Below, piece after piece: positions 1-10,447 of a stretch of 64,000 nt of DNA (its first letter is position 1; every line of letters begins with the position of its first letter). The notes beneath the pieces are model-generated. The model saw only the letters and a program-made list of their open reading frames with translations. It was not told the DNA's origin and ran no database searches. The position numbers and the translations under genes were made by a program. The DNA lies in assembly GCA_030697705.1 (NCBI GenBank), contig JAUYPE010000005.1:602-64601 (forward strand), read 5' to 3'. This stretch comes from a bacterium (GTDB lineage Bacteria; Patescibacteriota; Minisyncoccia; Sungbacterales; HO2-52-23).

Positions 1-1310
1 AAGCGATGCGATTCGTCGCGCACGCGCTGAAAAAAAAACATGACCGCTGGCGGAAGGGTCGCTAATCGCACAGGCAAGACCTTTCCTTGAAGATATAACT
101 CCTCATCCCGTTTTGCGAGAGCGGAGAGATGGATTCGTGGATTCTCTCTGCGTAAAATGGAGCGCACGGCGCCAAGCTGCGGTCTGCCGCCGTCTATGAC
201 AAGCAGATCGGGCGTACCCCAATCAGAAATGTGATTCAGGCGGCGGCGCATGACCTCCTTATGCATGGCGACATCGTTTGCCTGGTGGACGGTTTTAATC
301 TTAAACTTTCGGTATTCTTTTTTTGCCGGCGTACCGTCTATGAAAACAACCATGGATCCCGTCGCATCCGTGCCGGAGATGTTTGAAATATCATACCCTT
401 CCACCCGGCGAATAGGGCTATTCGTCTTGAATAATGCTTGAATAACGGGCTGAATGGCGCTCCATTCCACGGCTGAATTTCGCCGCGTCCGGACATTTTG
501 ACGAATCGCAGGACGGTGGCGAAAGACATTCTCCACGCCAAAAAGAGCATCCCGCAGACGCGCCGCTTCCTCAAATTTTTCCACCGCGACCGCCGTGCGA
601 AGTTCACGCTTGAGTTCACGCAAAAGTTCATGTTTTTTCCCCGTGAGGATGGCTATGATATTTTTAATGTTCTCACGATAGCGCGTTCGTTCCTCATCGG
701 TCGGCACATGCCCTCGCCGAGGATCCAAACAGCAAAATCCGAGGCATCGTCCAATCTGCGCATTCAGGCAGAGGCGCTTATGCGGCGTCCCACAGGTACA
801 GTAGGGGAAGACGCGGCGCACCATCCGCACGACCGAGCGTATGGCATACGCGCTCGTGAAGGGACCAATAAGAGGATAATGCTGAATGCTGAATGCTGAA
901 TGCTGAATAACTGCAGAAGATCTTACTTTTTTATTCTGCATTTGACATTTGGCATTTGGCATTTCTCTTGCAGGCTGTCGGGTGAAAAAGAATTTAGGAA
1001 ACTCCTCATCCGTAACGCCAACATACAAGTAGTCGGGCTGGATGACGTTGAACTTCGGCAGGTGGCGCCGGATGAGCTCCGCCTCTAAAATGAGAGCTTC
1101 TATTTCAGAAGGCGTTTCAAGAAATTCCAAAGTCGTCGCCTCCGCCGTCAGATGGCGTTCTTTTTCGCTACCGTTTTTACGAAAATACGAAGTAACCCGC
1201 TTTTTAATATTTGCGGCTTTACCGACATAGATCAGCGTCCTCCCGCGGCGAAATAGGTACACGCCGGGCGTTGTTGGAGCGGCTATTGCCGTTTTGTGGA
1301 TAGTTGACAT
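1..1310 (-). CDS. uvrC: excinuclease ABC subunit C (UvrC); C-terminal part runs off window start; carries an in-frame ~20-aa insertion encoded by a 7-mer-repeat hairpin (878-966)
   Basis: Minus-strand translation from the ATG (rc of 1308-1310) gives MSTIHKTAIAAPTTPGVYLFRRGRTLIYVGKAANIKKRVTSYF (GIY-YIG motif). It continues through the Cys-rich region (FPYCTCGTPHKRLCLNAQIGRCLGFCC), the UVR domain (FEEAARLRD) and the RNaseH-like endonuclease domain (GYDISNISGTDATGSMVVF...DLLVIDGGRPQLGAV) to QRVRDESHRF at position 1, with no stop. It is absent from the ORF track only because no stop lies within the window. Confidence 0.9.
   Translation of the reverse strand, partial: MSTIHKTAIAAPTTPGVYLFRRGRTLIYVGKAANIKKRVTSYFRKNGSEKERHLTAEATTLEFLETPSEIEALILEAELIRRHLPKFNVIQPDYLYVGVTDEEFPKFFFTRQPAREMPNAKCQMQNKKVRSSAVIQHSAFSIQHYPLIGPFTSAYAIRSVVRMVRRVFPYCTCGTPHKRLCLNAQIGRCLGFCCLDPRRGHVPTDEERTRYRENIKNIIAILTGKKHELLRELKRELRTAVAVEKFEEAARLRDALFGVENVFRHRPAIRQNVRTRRNSAVEWSAIQPVIQALFKTNSPIRRVEGYDISNISGTDATGSMVVFIDGTPAKKEYRKFKIKTVHQANDVAMHKEVMRRRLNHISDWGTPDLLVIDGGRPQLGAVRSILRRENPRIHLSALAKRDEELYLQGKVLPVRLATLPPAVMFFFQRVRDESHR
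878..966. repeat. hairpin-forming heptanucleotide-repeat cassette inside uvrC: 4x AATGCTG (878-905), spacer, ~3.5x CATTTGR (939-966, rc CCAAATG); translated in-frame as ...AKCQMQNKKVRSSAVIQHSAFSIQH...
   Basis: Direct reading of the tandem 7-mers. The two arms are partly complementary (AATGCTG vs AATGCCA units). The insertion falls where E. coli UvrC has only the short variable loop HRGAKHAKGE. Confidence 0.7.
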
Positions 1311-1451
1311 TAAATAGTTATTATGCCATATTGAGTGTAGCACGTTCATATAAAAGTATAAACCCGCATGGCAGAGAGCAATAGAAATGGAAGATGATTG
1401 CGGAAGATGATTACCCAAAAAAGCCACCCAACGCTTCACCGCCGTGGGTGG

Positions 1452-1479
1452 TTGATTTTTGTTAAAAATACGCTATACT
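1452..1479 (+). promoter_or_regulatory. sigma70-like promoter for uvrA: TTGATT (1452-1457) - 16 nt - TATACT (1474-1479)
   Basis: Near-consensus hexamers. The -10 lies 12 nt upstream of the uvrA ATG at 1492, so the ORF-track TTG at 1459 is upstream of the likely TSS. Confidence 0.4.
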
Positions 1480-1491
1480 GAAGCGTTTACG

Positions 1492-4400
1492 ATGAAAAAA
1501 ACCACTAAGAAACCTACACTGCCCTCCGGCGAGATTATCAGCATCCGCGGGGCGCGGACGCACAATCTCAAAAACATTGATGTTGACATCCCCAAGGGAA
1601 AATTGGTCGTCATTACCGGTCTTTCTGGTTCTGGAAAGTCATCGCTCGCGTTTGATACGATCTACGCCGAGGCGGAACGGCGTTATGTGGAGTCGCTCTC
1701 AAGCTACGCTCGCCAATTCCTCGGTGTGCAGGAGAAGCCGGATGTTGAATCCATTGACGGCCTCTCGCCGGCTATTTCCATTGACCAAAAGTCCGTCTCG
1801 CGCAATCCCCGTTCCACGGTTGGCACCATTACCGAAATTTATGACTATTTGCGAATCCTCTTCGCACGGATTGGCCGCCCACACTGCCCGGAGTGCGGCG
1901 TACCGGTAGAGCGCCAGACGATTGAGCAGATGCTGGAGGAAATTCGCCATGCTCTGCGCGGCAAAGAAGAAACGCTCATTCTCGCCCCGCTCGCCTCGGG
2001 GAAAAAAGGCGAACATCGCGGGTTATTGGAGGAAGCGCGCCGTGCCGGTTTTATCCGTGCACGCCTGAATGGCGAGGTGCGTACGATAGAGGAGTGGATG
2101 TCCTTGCCCATTAAGAAGAATAAAAAACATTCGCTGGAGGTCGTGGTGGATCGTCTCACGGAGAGCGCCGCCATTGAGCCGGGGCGTATGCGCGATTCGG
2201 TAGAGACCGCGCTTAAAATCGGTAAAGGAGTGATGATTGCGGCAATAAAGGATAATGCTAAATTACAAATGCTCAATGCTGAAAAGGAGCGAGGCAAGCA
2301 CGTTGCTTCAGCATTCAGCATTCAGCATTCAGCATTGTTTGAAGACCTTCTTTTCTCCGAACGGTTTGCTTGCAAAATGTGCGGTAAGAATCTGCCCGAT
2401 AGTGAGCCACGGACATTTTCTTTCAATAGTCCCTATGGGGCTTGTCCGCACTGCACAGGACTTGGCGCAACGCTGGAAGCGGATCCTGATCTTGTCGTTC
2501 CCAATGAGAATCTTTCCATCGCGGAAGGTGCTGTCCGCCCCTGGGCGGGCGCCTCACATCGTGTCGGACGGCAGAGTTGGTACTGGTGGATTCTTGACGA
2601 CCTCGCAACGCGTCATGGCTTCTCGCTTAAAGTTCCCTTTAAAGATATTGCCGCGCACGCACGAGCATTGATTCTTTTCGGTGAGCCGGGTGCTCGTGTG
2701 AAGAATGGAGAATCAATGTCAGATTTGGGAGATGAACGCGAGGCGCAAATCCGCGCAACGCCGGGTGGTTTTGAAGGCGTCATTCCCAATCTCAAACGGC
2801 GTTGGAAAGAAACCGATTCCGAATTTACCCGCGCCGAAATTGAGAAGTATATGATTATTCGCACCTGTACGGCGTGCGCGGGGCACCGGCTGCGTCCCGA
2901 GGCGCTTGCCGTGCGCATCAACGGCGAGAATATCGCCGGTGTTGCCGACCGCACGGTGGAGCAGGCGGCCGCGTGGTTTGAGGGACTTGTTGATAAAAAA
3001 ACGGCGCTCTCTGCAATGGAATTGAAAATAGCCGCGCCCATTGCCAAAGAGATCGCCAAGCGGCTGACTTTTTTGCGGGATGTGGGGCTGGACTATCTTA
3101 CCCTCGCGCGCGAGTCAACCACGCTTTCGGGTGGCGAGGCGCAACGCATTCATCTTGCCACGCAAATCGGCTCACGCCTCACGGGAATTATCTATATTCT
3201 TGATGAACCGAGTATCGGTCTGCATCCGCGCGACAATGCGCAACTTATCACAACCCTCAAGCAACTGCGCGATCTCGGCAATACTGTTCTTGTTGTAGAG
3301 CACGATGCCGAAACGATGCTCGCGTCGGACTGGATTATTGATATCGGACCGGGCGCGGGGAGCCATGGCGGACGGATTATTTTTTCCGGTACGCCGGCGG
3401 CATTGCTCAACGCCAAAACATCAACCGCCGACTATCTTTCCGGCAGGAAAAAAATTGAGCGACCTAAGATTACGCGTCATTCCGAACGCAGTGAGGAATC
3501 CCGACAACATACGGGATCCCTCACTCATACCCAGGATGACCAACAAAAGAAAGGACGAGATGCGATACATTTTCTCACCATTTTCGGTGCCACGGAGCAC
3601 AATCTCAAAAATATCACCGTCCGCATGCCGCTCGGGCAATTCATCTGTATTACGGGTGTTTCCGGCTCCGGAAAGTCAACGCTCATCAACGATATTCTTG
3701 CCAAAGCGCTTCTGGCAAAATTGCACGGAGCGCATACCATTCCTGGCGCACACAAAAACATTACCGGCATTGAGCATCTCAACAAGGCGATCGTCGTTGA
3801 CCAGTCGCCCATCGGTCGTACCCCGCGTTCCAATCCTGCCACCTACACCGGTGCGTTCGGATTCATCCGTACGCTTTTTGCAAGCACGCCCGAAGCGCGG
3901 GCGCGCGGATATCTGCCCGGCCGTTTCAGCTTTAATGTCAGAGGCGGACGGTGCGAGGCGTGCGAGGGACAGGGCGTGAAAAAAATAGAGATGCACTTCC
4001 TTCCCGATGTGTATATTGAATGTGAAGAGTGCCGCGGCACGCGGTATAATCGCGAGGCATTAGAAATTCTGTATCGCGGTAAGACGATTGCGGAGGTCTT
4101 AAATATGCCGATTGAAGAGGCACTGGACTTTTTTGAGGCCGTTCCCGCCGTACAGACAAAATTGGCAACCATGGTGGAGGTGGGCTTAGGTTATATGCGA
4201 CTCGGCCAGCCGGCGCCGACGCTCTCGGGAGGTGAGGCGCAGCGCATCAAGCTTGCCACCGAACTCTCACGCCGTGATACCGGCGCGTCGCTTTATATTC
4301 TGGATGAGCCAACGACCGGACTCCACTTTGACGACATTAAAAAACTCTTGGGAGTTTTACACGCCCTGGTGGAAAAAGGCAATACCGTTCTCGTTATTGA

Positions 4401-4557
4401 GCACAATATGGATATCATCAAAAACGCCGACTGGATCATTGATCTTGGTCCCGAGGGAGGGGAGCGCGGCGGTACCCTTGTCGCCGAAGGAACTCCCGCC
4501 GATGTGGTGAAAGTAAAGCAGTCCTATACGGGACAATGGTTGATGAAAAGTTTATAG
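1492..4557 (+). CDS. uvrA: excinuclease ABC subunit A (UvrA), with an in-frame ~27-aa insertion encoded by a 7-mer-repeat hairpin (2250-2336)
   Basis: MKKTTKKPTLPSGEIISIRGARTHNLKNIDVDIPKGKLVVITGLSGSGKSSLAFDTIYAEAERRYVES; two ABC modules (GLSGSGKSS and GVSGSGKST Walker A; LSGGEAQRI signatures); zinc-finger Cys pairs. The whole 3.1-kb ORF is continuous. Confidence 0.95.
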   Translation: MKKTTKKPTLPSGEIISIRGARTHNLKNIDVDIPKGKLVVITGLSGSGKSSLAFDTIYAEAERRYVESLSSYARQFLGVQEKPDVESIDGLSPAISIDQKSVSRNPRSTVGTITEIYDYLRILFARIGRPHCPECGVPVERQTIEQMLEEIRHALRGKEETLILAPLASGKKGEHRGLLEEARRAGFIRARLNGEVRTIEEWMSLPIKKNKKHSLEVVVDRLTESAAIEPGRMRDSVETALKIGKGVMIAAIKDNAKLQMLNAEKERGKHVASAFSIQHSALFEDLLFSERFACKMCGKNLPDSEPRTFSFNSPYGACPHCTGLGATLEADPDLVVPNENLSIAEGAVRPWAGASHRVGRQSWYWWILDDLATRHGFSLKVPFKDIAAHARALILFGEPGARVKNGESMSDLGDEREAQIRATPGGFEGVIPNLKRRWKETDSEFTRAEIEKYMIIRTCTACAGHRLRPEALAVRINGENIAGVADRTVEQAAAWFEGLVDKKTALSAMELKIAAPIAKEIAKRLTFLRDVGLDYLTLARESTTLSGGEAQRIHLATQIGSRLTGIIYILDEPSIGLHPRDNAQLITTLKQLRDLGNTVLVVEHDAETMLASDWIIDIGPGAGSHGGRIIFSGTPAALLNAKTSTADYLSGRKKIERPKITRHSERSEESRQHTGSLTHTQDDQQKKGRDAIHFLTIFGATEHNLKNITVRMPLGQFICITGVSGSGKSTLINDILAKALLAKLHGAHTIPGAHKNITGIEHLNKAIVVDQSPIGRTPRSNPATYTGAFGFIRTLFASTPEARARGYLPGRFSFNVRGGRCEACEGQGVKKIEMHFLPDVYIECEECRGTRYNREALEILYRGKTIAEVLNMPIEEALDFFEAVPAVQTKLATMVEVGLGYMRLGQPAPTLSGGEAQRIKLATELSRRDTGASLYILDEPTTGLHFDDIKKLLGVLHALVEKGNTVLVIEHNMDIIKNADWIIDLGPEGGERGGTLVAEGTPADVVKVKQSYTGQWLMKSL
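2250..2336. repeat. hairpin-forming heptanucleotide-repeat cassette inside uvrA: left arm AATGCT units (2254-2283), 23-nt spacer, right arm 4x TTCAGCA (2307-2334); translated in-frame as KDNAKLQMLNAEKERGKHVASAFSIQHSAL
   Basis: Direct reading. The right arm is the reverse complement of the AATGCTG repeat also seen in uvrC. Alignment with E. coli UvrA places it where only the 6-aa loop MDGSVE exists (RIAE...MLFSE). Confidence 0.7.
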
Positions 4558-4620
4558 TTATGATAGTATCTACACAGTAAACTTCGGTTTAAGGCGAGTC
4601 CTATCACAAGGAGAAATCTG

Positions 4621-5145
4621 ATGGAAGTTACCAAGCTCTTTTTACAACTGCTAGAAACACAAGGATGGGTATCGTGGATCTCACATGGTGTTTGGGATGC
4701 CCATCAAGCAGGACTGCTTCCCGATGTTAGTGTTGGCGGGAATTGTCCGGAGAACCTCCGTCTTAAGCTCCAGCAGAATGTTCCCTATCCGACATTTTTT
4801 GAAGAGGATCAGTGGAATAGTGTTCTTGATTATTGTGGAATGAGAAGTGGAAACAGTACTGCCTATGTGAGCGATAGGACAAATACCTATTATATCAAGA
4901 GAGCGACAATCGCTTTCTTTGAAGACAAAGTGGGGTATGATGTGACTTGCAGAAAAGAACGGCGCAAGAATTTTCGGCGCTATGGGCTACCAGTTACTTC
5001 CATGCATGTTACTCACCTTATTGTAGGGTGTGCTCAATATACTGCGGCGCATTTTGCCGAGCTTCGCGACCAAATAATGCTGCGACTCAATCAGGGAGAT
5101 CCAGGAGATATAGTGAAAATAGCCAAGATACTGAAGATATCTTAA
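4621..5145 (+). CDS. hypothetical protein (174 aa), no recognisable domain
   Basis: Strong SD (AAGGAGAAATCTG-ATG). ORF MEVTKLFLQLLETQGWVSWISHG...; lower GC than flanks; convergent with the adjacent toxin-antitoxin pair. Confidence 0.55.
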   Translation: MEVTKLFLQLLETQGWVSWISHGVWDAHQAGLLPDVSVGGNCPENLRLKLQQNVPYPTFFEEDQWNSVLDYCGMRSGNSTAYVSDRTNTYYIKRATIAFFEDKVGYDVTCRKERRKNFRRYGLPVTSMHVTHLIVGCAQYTAAHFAELRDQIMLRLNQGDPGDIVKIAKILKIS

Positions 5146-5216
5146 AATCTCGGATTGTGTTCCCAGCCAACAAGGAGTTCTTGCCCCAAGCGGAGCTCCT
5201 TTTTATTTTGGGGATA

Positions 5217-5474
5217 TTAGCGGTAACTGTCTTTGCGATGGTCAACATCAAAAAAGATCACAACCTCCGGATTTTGGAGATAGAAAAAGGCGCGATAGCG
5301 CCGGGTAATCCGAAGAGAGAATACCCCTCCCGTGTCATGTAGCTTTTTACCGTGAAGCCGTGGGTCGCGTGGACTTTCCTCAAATCGTTCCAGTTGCACA
5401 TCACAGAGTTTCTGAATCTCTTTTGGCAGATTCCGATAGGCACGGTCAAAATCGACGGTACGAAAAACTTTCAT
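5217..5474 (-). CDS. type II toxin, RelE/ParE superfamily
   Basis: 85 aa: ...KKLHDTGGVFSLRITRRYRAFFYLQNPEVVIFFDVDHRKDSY matches the RelE/ParE core. The start overlaps the upstream gene's stop by 4 nt (ATGA). Confidence 0.8.
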   Translation of the reverse strand: MKVFRTVDFDRAYRNLPKEIQKLCDVQLERFEESPRDPRLHGKKLHDTGGVFSLRITRRYRAFFYLQNPEVVIFFDVDHRKDSYR

Positions 5475-5674
5475 ACGCCAACGGGCGGATATTCCTTGAG
5501 CGCTCGACGAAGCGAGTGGCGGATGCGCTTGGGATGTTCGTACTCCTCAAAATGATCTTCGGGTAGTACCAAAGTGACTTCACTGCGAAGGAGCCGAACT
5601 TCGCGCAGTAATGATTGAAGCATTTGGGCGTTTGACTGCTTATTTTTTACTTTCTGTATTTTAGTAGTAGTCAT
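5471..5674 (-). CDS. putative antitoxin partner of RelE/ParE toxin (67 aa from MTTTKIQ...)
   Basis: Small ORF immediately upstream with 4-nt start/stop overlap with the toxin gene. Sequence ...LQSLLREVRLLRSEVTLVLPEDHFEEYEHPKRIRHS; family not recognised. Confidence 0.55.
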   Translation of the reverse strand: MTTTKIQKVKNKQSNAQMLQSLLREVRLLRSEVTLVLPEDHFEEYEHPKRIRHSLRRALKEYPPVGV

Positions 5675-5744
5675 ATTCTGATTATAGTAAAAATCATAAT
5701 GTGCGTCAATCGCTTGACAGTGACAAGTAAGGGCGTTACCATGG

Positions 5745-5771
5745 TTAGCAGTCATAGGTCGAGAGTGCTAA
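5745..5771 (+). promoter_or_regulatory. CIRCE operator (HrcA binding site) TTAGCAGTC-N9-GAGTGCTAA upstream of groES
   Basis: Matches the consensus TTAGCACTC-N9-GAGTGCTAA with one mismatch, 40 nt upstream of the groES ATG. A TATAAT at 5790-5795 follows. Confidence 0.8.
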
Positions 5772-5810
5772 CCGACTGGCAATATATACTATAATTTTTA
5801 AGAAAAATTT

Positions 5811-7794
<1,984 letters not shown>

Positions 7795-7827
7795 CCGGTA
7801 CAGGTAGGAATGACAGAGTTCATAAAA

Positions 7828-7850
7828 CCCCGCGTCATGCGGGGTTTTAT
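7828..7850 (+). terminator. rho-independent terminator after groEL (CCCCGC-GTCAT-GCGGGG + TTTTAT)
   Basis: 6-bp GC stem, 5-nt loop, U-tail. Confidence 0.7.
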
Positions 7851-7856
7851 GATGAT

Positions 7857-8486
7857 GTGATAAAAACTTTCTTTGCCGCGATGGATGGTCTTGTGGATTG
7901 TGCAGATACCCGTGCGTATCGTATACTAGTTGCAATGGCGACGTTTTCTCTCCCCCAGATACAACAAACAAAGCTTCTGCAGGCGAGCGCCGAGCAGATC
8001 TGGGCGCATCCCACCTGGGACTTGATTCTTATTTTTGTCCTTTTCGGGGCGGGGCTCTTGTATGCTGTCACGGTGGGACGGCAAAAGATCTTCTCCACGA
8101 TTATCTACACCTATATCGCAATAGCGCTGTATAACGCCCTGCCTCTGCAAACGATTGCCGGATTTTTCCAGAAACAGAATGATTTTTTCGTGCGCGCCAG
8201 CGTCTTTCTGGGACTCCTGGTCATATTGACCGTGCTGCTCGGTCACGGGAAGCATAAAGGTTACGCGCGCATGGGTACCTGGTGGCAGGTATTTGTCTTG
8301 AGTTTTTTGCAGGTCGGTATGCTCATGCACATTATTCTCGGCTTTCTCCCGCACGAAAAAACGACTCTGCTTGCCCCGCTGACCAAATACGTGTTTGCCA
8401 ACCCGGGACTTGATATTTGGTGGCTTCTCGGGCCCATTATCGCACTTATCTTCATCCGCCGCCTCAACGCTCATCACGAGTGGTAG
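7857..8486 (+). CDS. hypothetical membrane protein (multi-TM)
   Basis: Hydrophobic segments throughout. Start uncertain (GTG 7857 or ATG 7881). Confidence 0.45.
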   Translation: MIKTFFAAMDGLVDCADTRAYRILVAMATFSLPQIQQTKLLQASAEQIWAHPTWDLILIFVLFGAGLLYAVTVGRQKIFSTIIYTYIAIALYNALPLQTIAGFFQKQNDFFVRASVFLGLLVILTVLLGHGKHKGYARMGTWWQVFVLSFLQVGMLMHIILGFLPHEKTTLLAPLTKYVFANPGLDIWWLLGPIIALIFIRRLNAHHEW

Positions 8487-8507
8487 CCCCCGTTTCACTT
8501 CCTTAAA

Positions 8508-9080
8508 TCACCTCGCTTGGATGCGGGGTTTTTTCTTTTTGCGCGCGACCATAAAAAACATGGGGAGGAAATTGCGCGGTTCAAGCTGGAGATCTATTTT
8601 CGCAAAATACTTCTTGAGCAGGGAACGCATGAGAAGTGAGTACTGATAGATGAGGAATATGCCGTCGGGTGCCAATGCCCGGGCGGTGTCGCGCACCACT
8701 CGCTCGCGTATGCGGGGCGGGAAAAAAGTAAACGGAATACTGGAGAGTACCGCGTCTATGCGAGGGACGCCTATTTTTTTGAGCGTGCGGGAGATGACGG
8801 TAACGTCGCCCGCTACGACGATGAGGCGCGGATCTTTGATAGTCCGAAGTTCGGCAAGAAACTTAGAATTGAGTTCAATAGCAACCACCTTCCCGCCAGC
8901 GGGAAGGTGCCGGAGCAGTTCGCGCGTTACTACTCCGTCGCCCGCGCCATACTCCACGATATATTTCCGTCCGGCGCCAAGTTCGCGCCGGATGCGGCGA
9001 ATGACAAAGCGCGAAGAGGGCGTAAATGCACCGACTTTATAGTCCGTAAGAGCAGTTTTTATATATTTTATTCCTCGCAT
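8508..9080 (-). CDS. class I SAM-dependent methyltransferase
   Basis: Motif I IVEYGAGDGVVT; post-I acidic residue; ~190 aa Rossmann fold. Confidence 0.7.
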   Translation of the reverse strand: MRGIKYIKTALTDYKVGAFTPSSRFVIRRIRRELGAGRKYIVEYGAGDGVVTRELLRHLPAGGKVVAIELNSKFLAELRTIKDPRLIVVAGDVTVISRTLKKIGVPRIDAVLSSIPFTFFPPRIRERVVRDTARALAPDGIFLIYQYSLLMRSLLKKYFAKIDLQLEPRNFLPMFFMVARKKKKPRIQAR

Positions 9081-9225
9081 AATACGAAAGCACCAATTAA
9101 AATACTTTTTCAGTGTATGCGATTATGGCGGAGAGGGCAAATGAGATATGCTTGCACGATAGAGGATTCCATGGAACGAATGATTGGAATTGTTTTTTAA
9201 CAAACTCAAAAAGGAGGGTGAGTTG

Positions 9226-10332
9226 ATGTATCAAGAATATATCAGTCCGTGGCTGGACAGGCGAGACTCGGAGACATGGCACAATCGCGCCAAAGATATC
9301 ATGCACGCGGCGGAGACGACACCGATGACGAGATTCGCACTGGAGCTCGTCGGAAACGGCGGGCGACGCTTCACCGATCCGCGCCTGCAGGTGGAATCTG
9401 CGGGAATTAAGTTTGATAATCCGCTTGTTGTTGCCGCAGGCTGGACCCCCGACGGTAAAGCGTGTCATGCGCTCTACCTGCTCGGTTTTGCGGGCGTTAC
9501 GGTCGGATCGGTACCGGAGTTCGGACAGCCGGGCAATCCGAAACCGCGCCAGTTTATGATCGGACATGGTGTCGCGCTCAACCGTAAGGGATTTGCCAAT
9601 CCGGGTATGAAAGCGGTGAGACGAATGATGAAGCGCTACGAGGGGAGTCGTATTCCCATCGGTATAAGCATTGGTAAAAATAAAGAGGTGTCCGACCGCG
9701 ATGCCCCTGCGGCATATGCGCGTGTCGCGACGTATCTTGCTCCCCTGGCGCGCTGGCTTGTTATCAACGTCTCTTCGCCCAACACGCCGGGACTACGGAA
9801 TCTCCAAGGCAAAGAGCTCCTGACTGATATTATGTGGAATGTTCAAGGTACCGTGCGACAGTCCATGAGTCGTTCGATTCCGATATTCATCAAGATAGAT
9901 CCCGACATGCCGCTCGCGGCGGTTGATGATGTTATGATGGTCGCAGTGGAAACGGGAGCTGCAGGAATCATCGCCGCGAATACGACGGTTGATGAAAGGA
10001 TTAAACGGAAGTACGGGGAACGCTGGGCGAGTGAGCCGGGAGGAGTGAGCGGATCGGATCCCGATTATCGGGATAAGGTGGATGAGAAGATCACGCACAT
10101 TTATCGGAGTGTTGGCAATGAGCTTGATGTCTGGGGTGTCGGCGGTATAGACAGTACGGCATCAGCCATCCGGAAGATCAAGCGTGGCGCGCGCATAGTA
10201 AAAATCCATACCGGTATCCGTACACTCGGTCCGCGCGTTGCCAGTATGATTAATCGCGGCATCGCCGACTATCTCACGCGAGAGGGGATAGCACGCGTGA
10301 CGGACTTAATCGGCACCGACCTCGCCGCATAA
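9226..10332 (+). CDS. pyrD: dihydroorotate dehydrogenase (class 2/quinone-type PyrD-like)
   Basis: SD AAGGAGGGTG then ATG 9226. Motifs NRKGFANPG, SIGKNK, INVSSPNTPGLR, GGI. Confidence 0.8.
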   Translation: MYQEYISPWLDRRDSETWHNRAKDIMHAAETTPMTRFALELVGNGGRRFTDPRLQVESAGIKFDNPLVVAAGWTPDGKACHALYLLGFAGVTVGSVPEFGQPGNPKPRQFMIGHGVALNRKGFANPGMKAVRRMMKRYEGSRIPIGISIGKNKEVSDRDAPAAYARVATYLAPLARWLVINVSSPNTPGLRNLQGKELLTDIMWNVQGTVRQSMSRSIPIFIKIDPDMPLAAVDDVMMVAVETGAAGIIAANTTVDERIKRKYGERWASEPGGVSGSDPDYRDKVDEKITHIYRSVGNELDVWGVGGIDSTASAIRKIKRGARIVKIHTGIRTLGPRVASMINRGIADYLTREGIARVTDLIGTDLAA

Positions 10333-10447
10333 CGGATAGTCCACGGAGGAGAAGATCGCGCCGCACTCATGCTATGAGATGCGGCGTTTTTAGTGCAGTG
10401 TCTTCTCTACCGTGAAAGAACATAATGAGGTACGCTGAAAGAAGATT

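Noticed and set aside
1190-1210. Apparent frameshift in the uvrC N-terminus at a poly-A/T run
   Set aside because: Recounting the run (five T at 1201-1205, not six) restores a single continuous frame from the ATG at 1310 to the window edge; uvrC is intact apart from the in-frame cassette.
498-1230. Plus-strand ORFs 498-899, 900-1088 and 1042-1230 in the ORF track
   Set aside because: They are antisense to the clearly coding uvrC frame and have no motifs.
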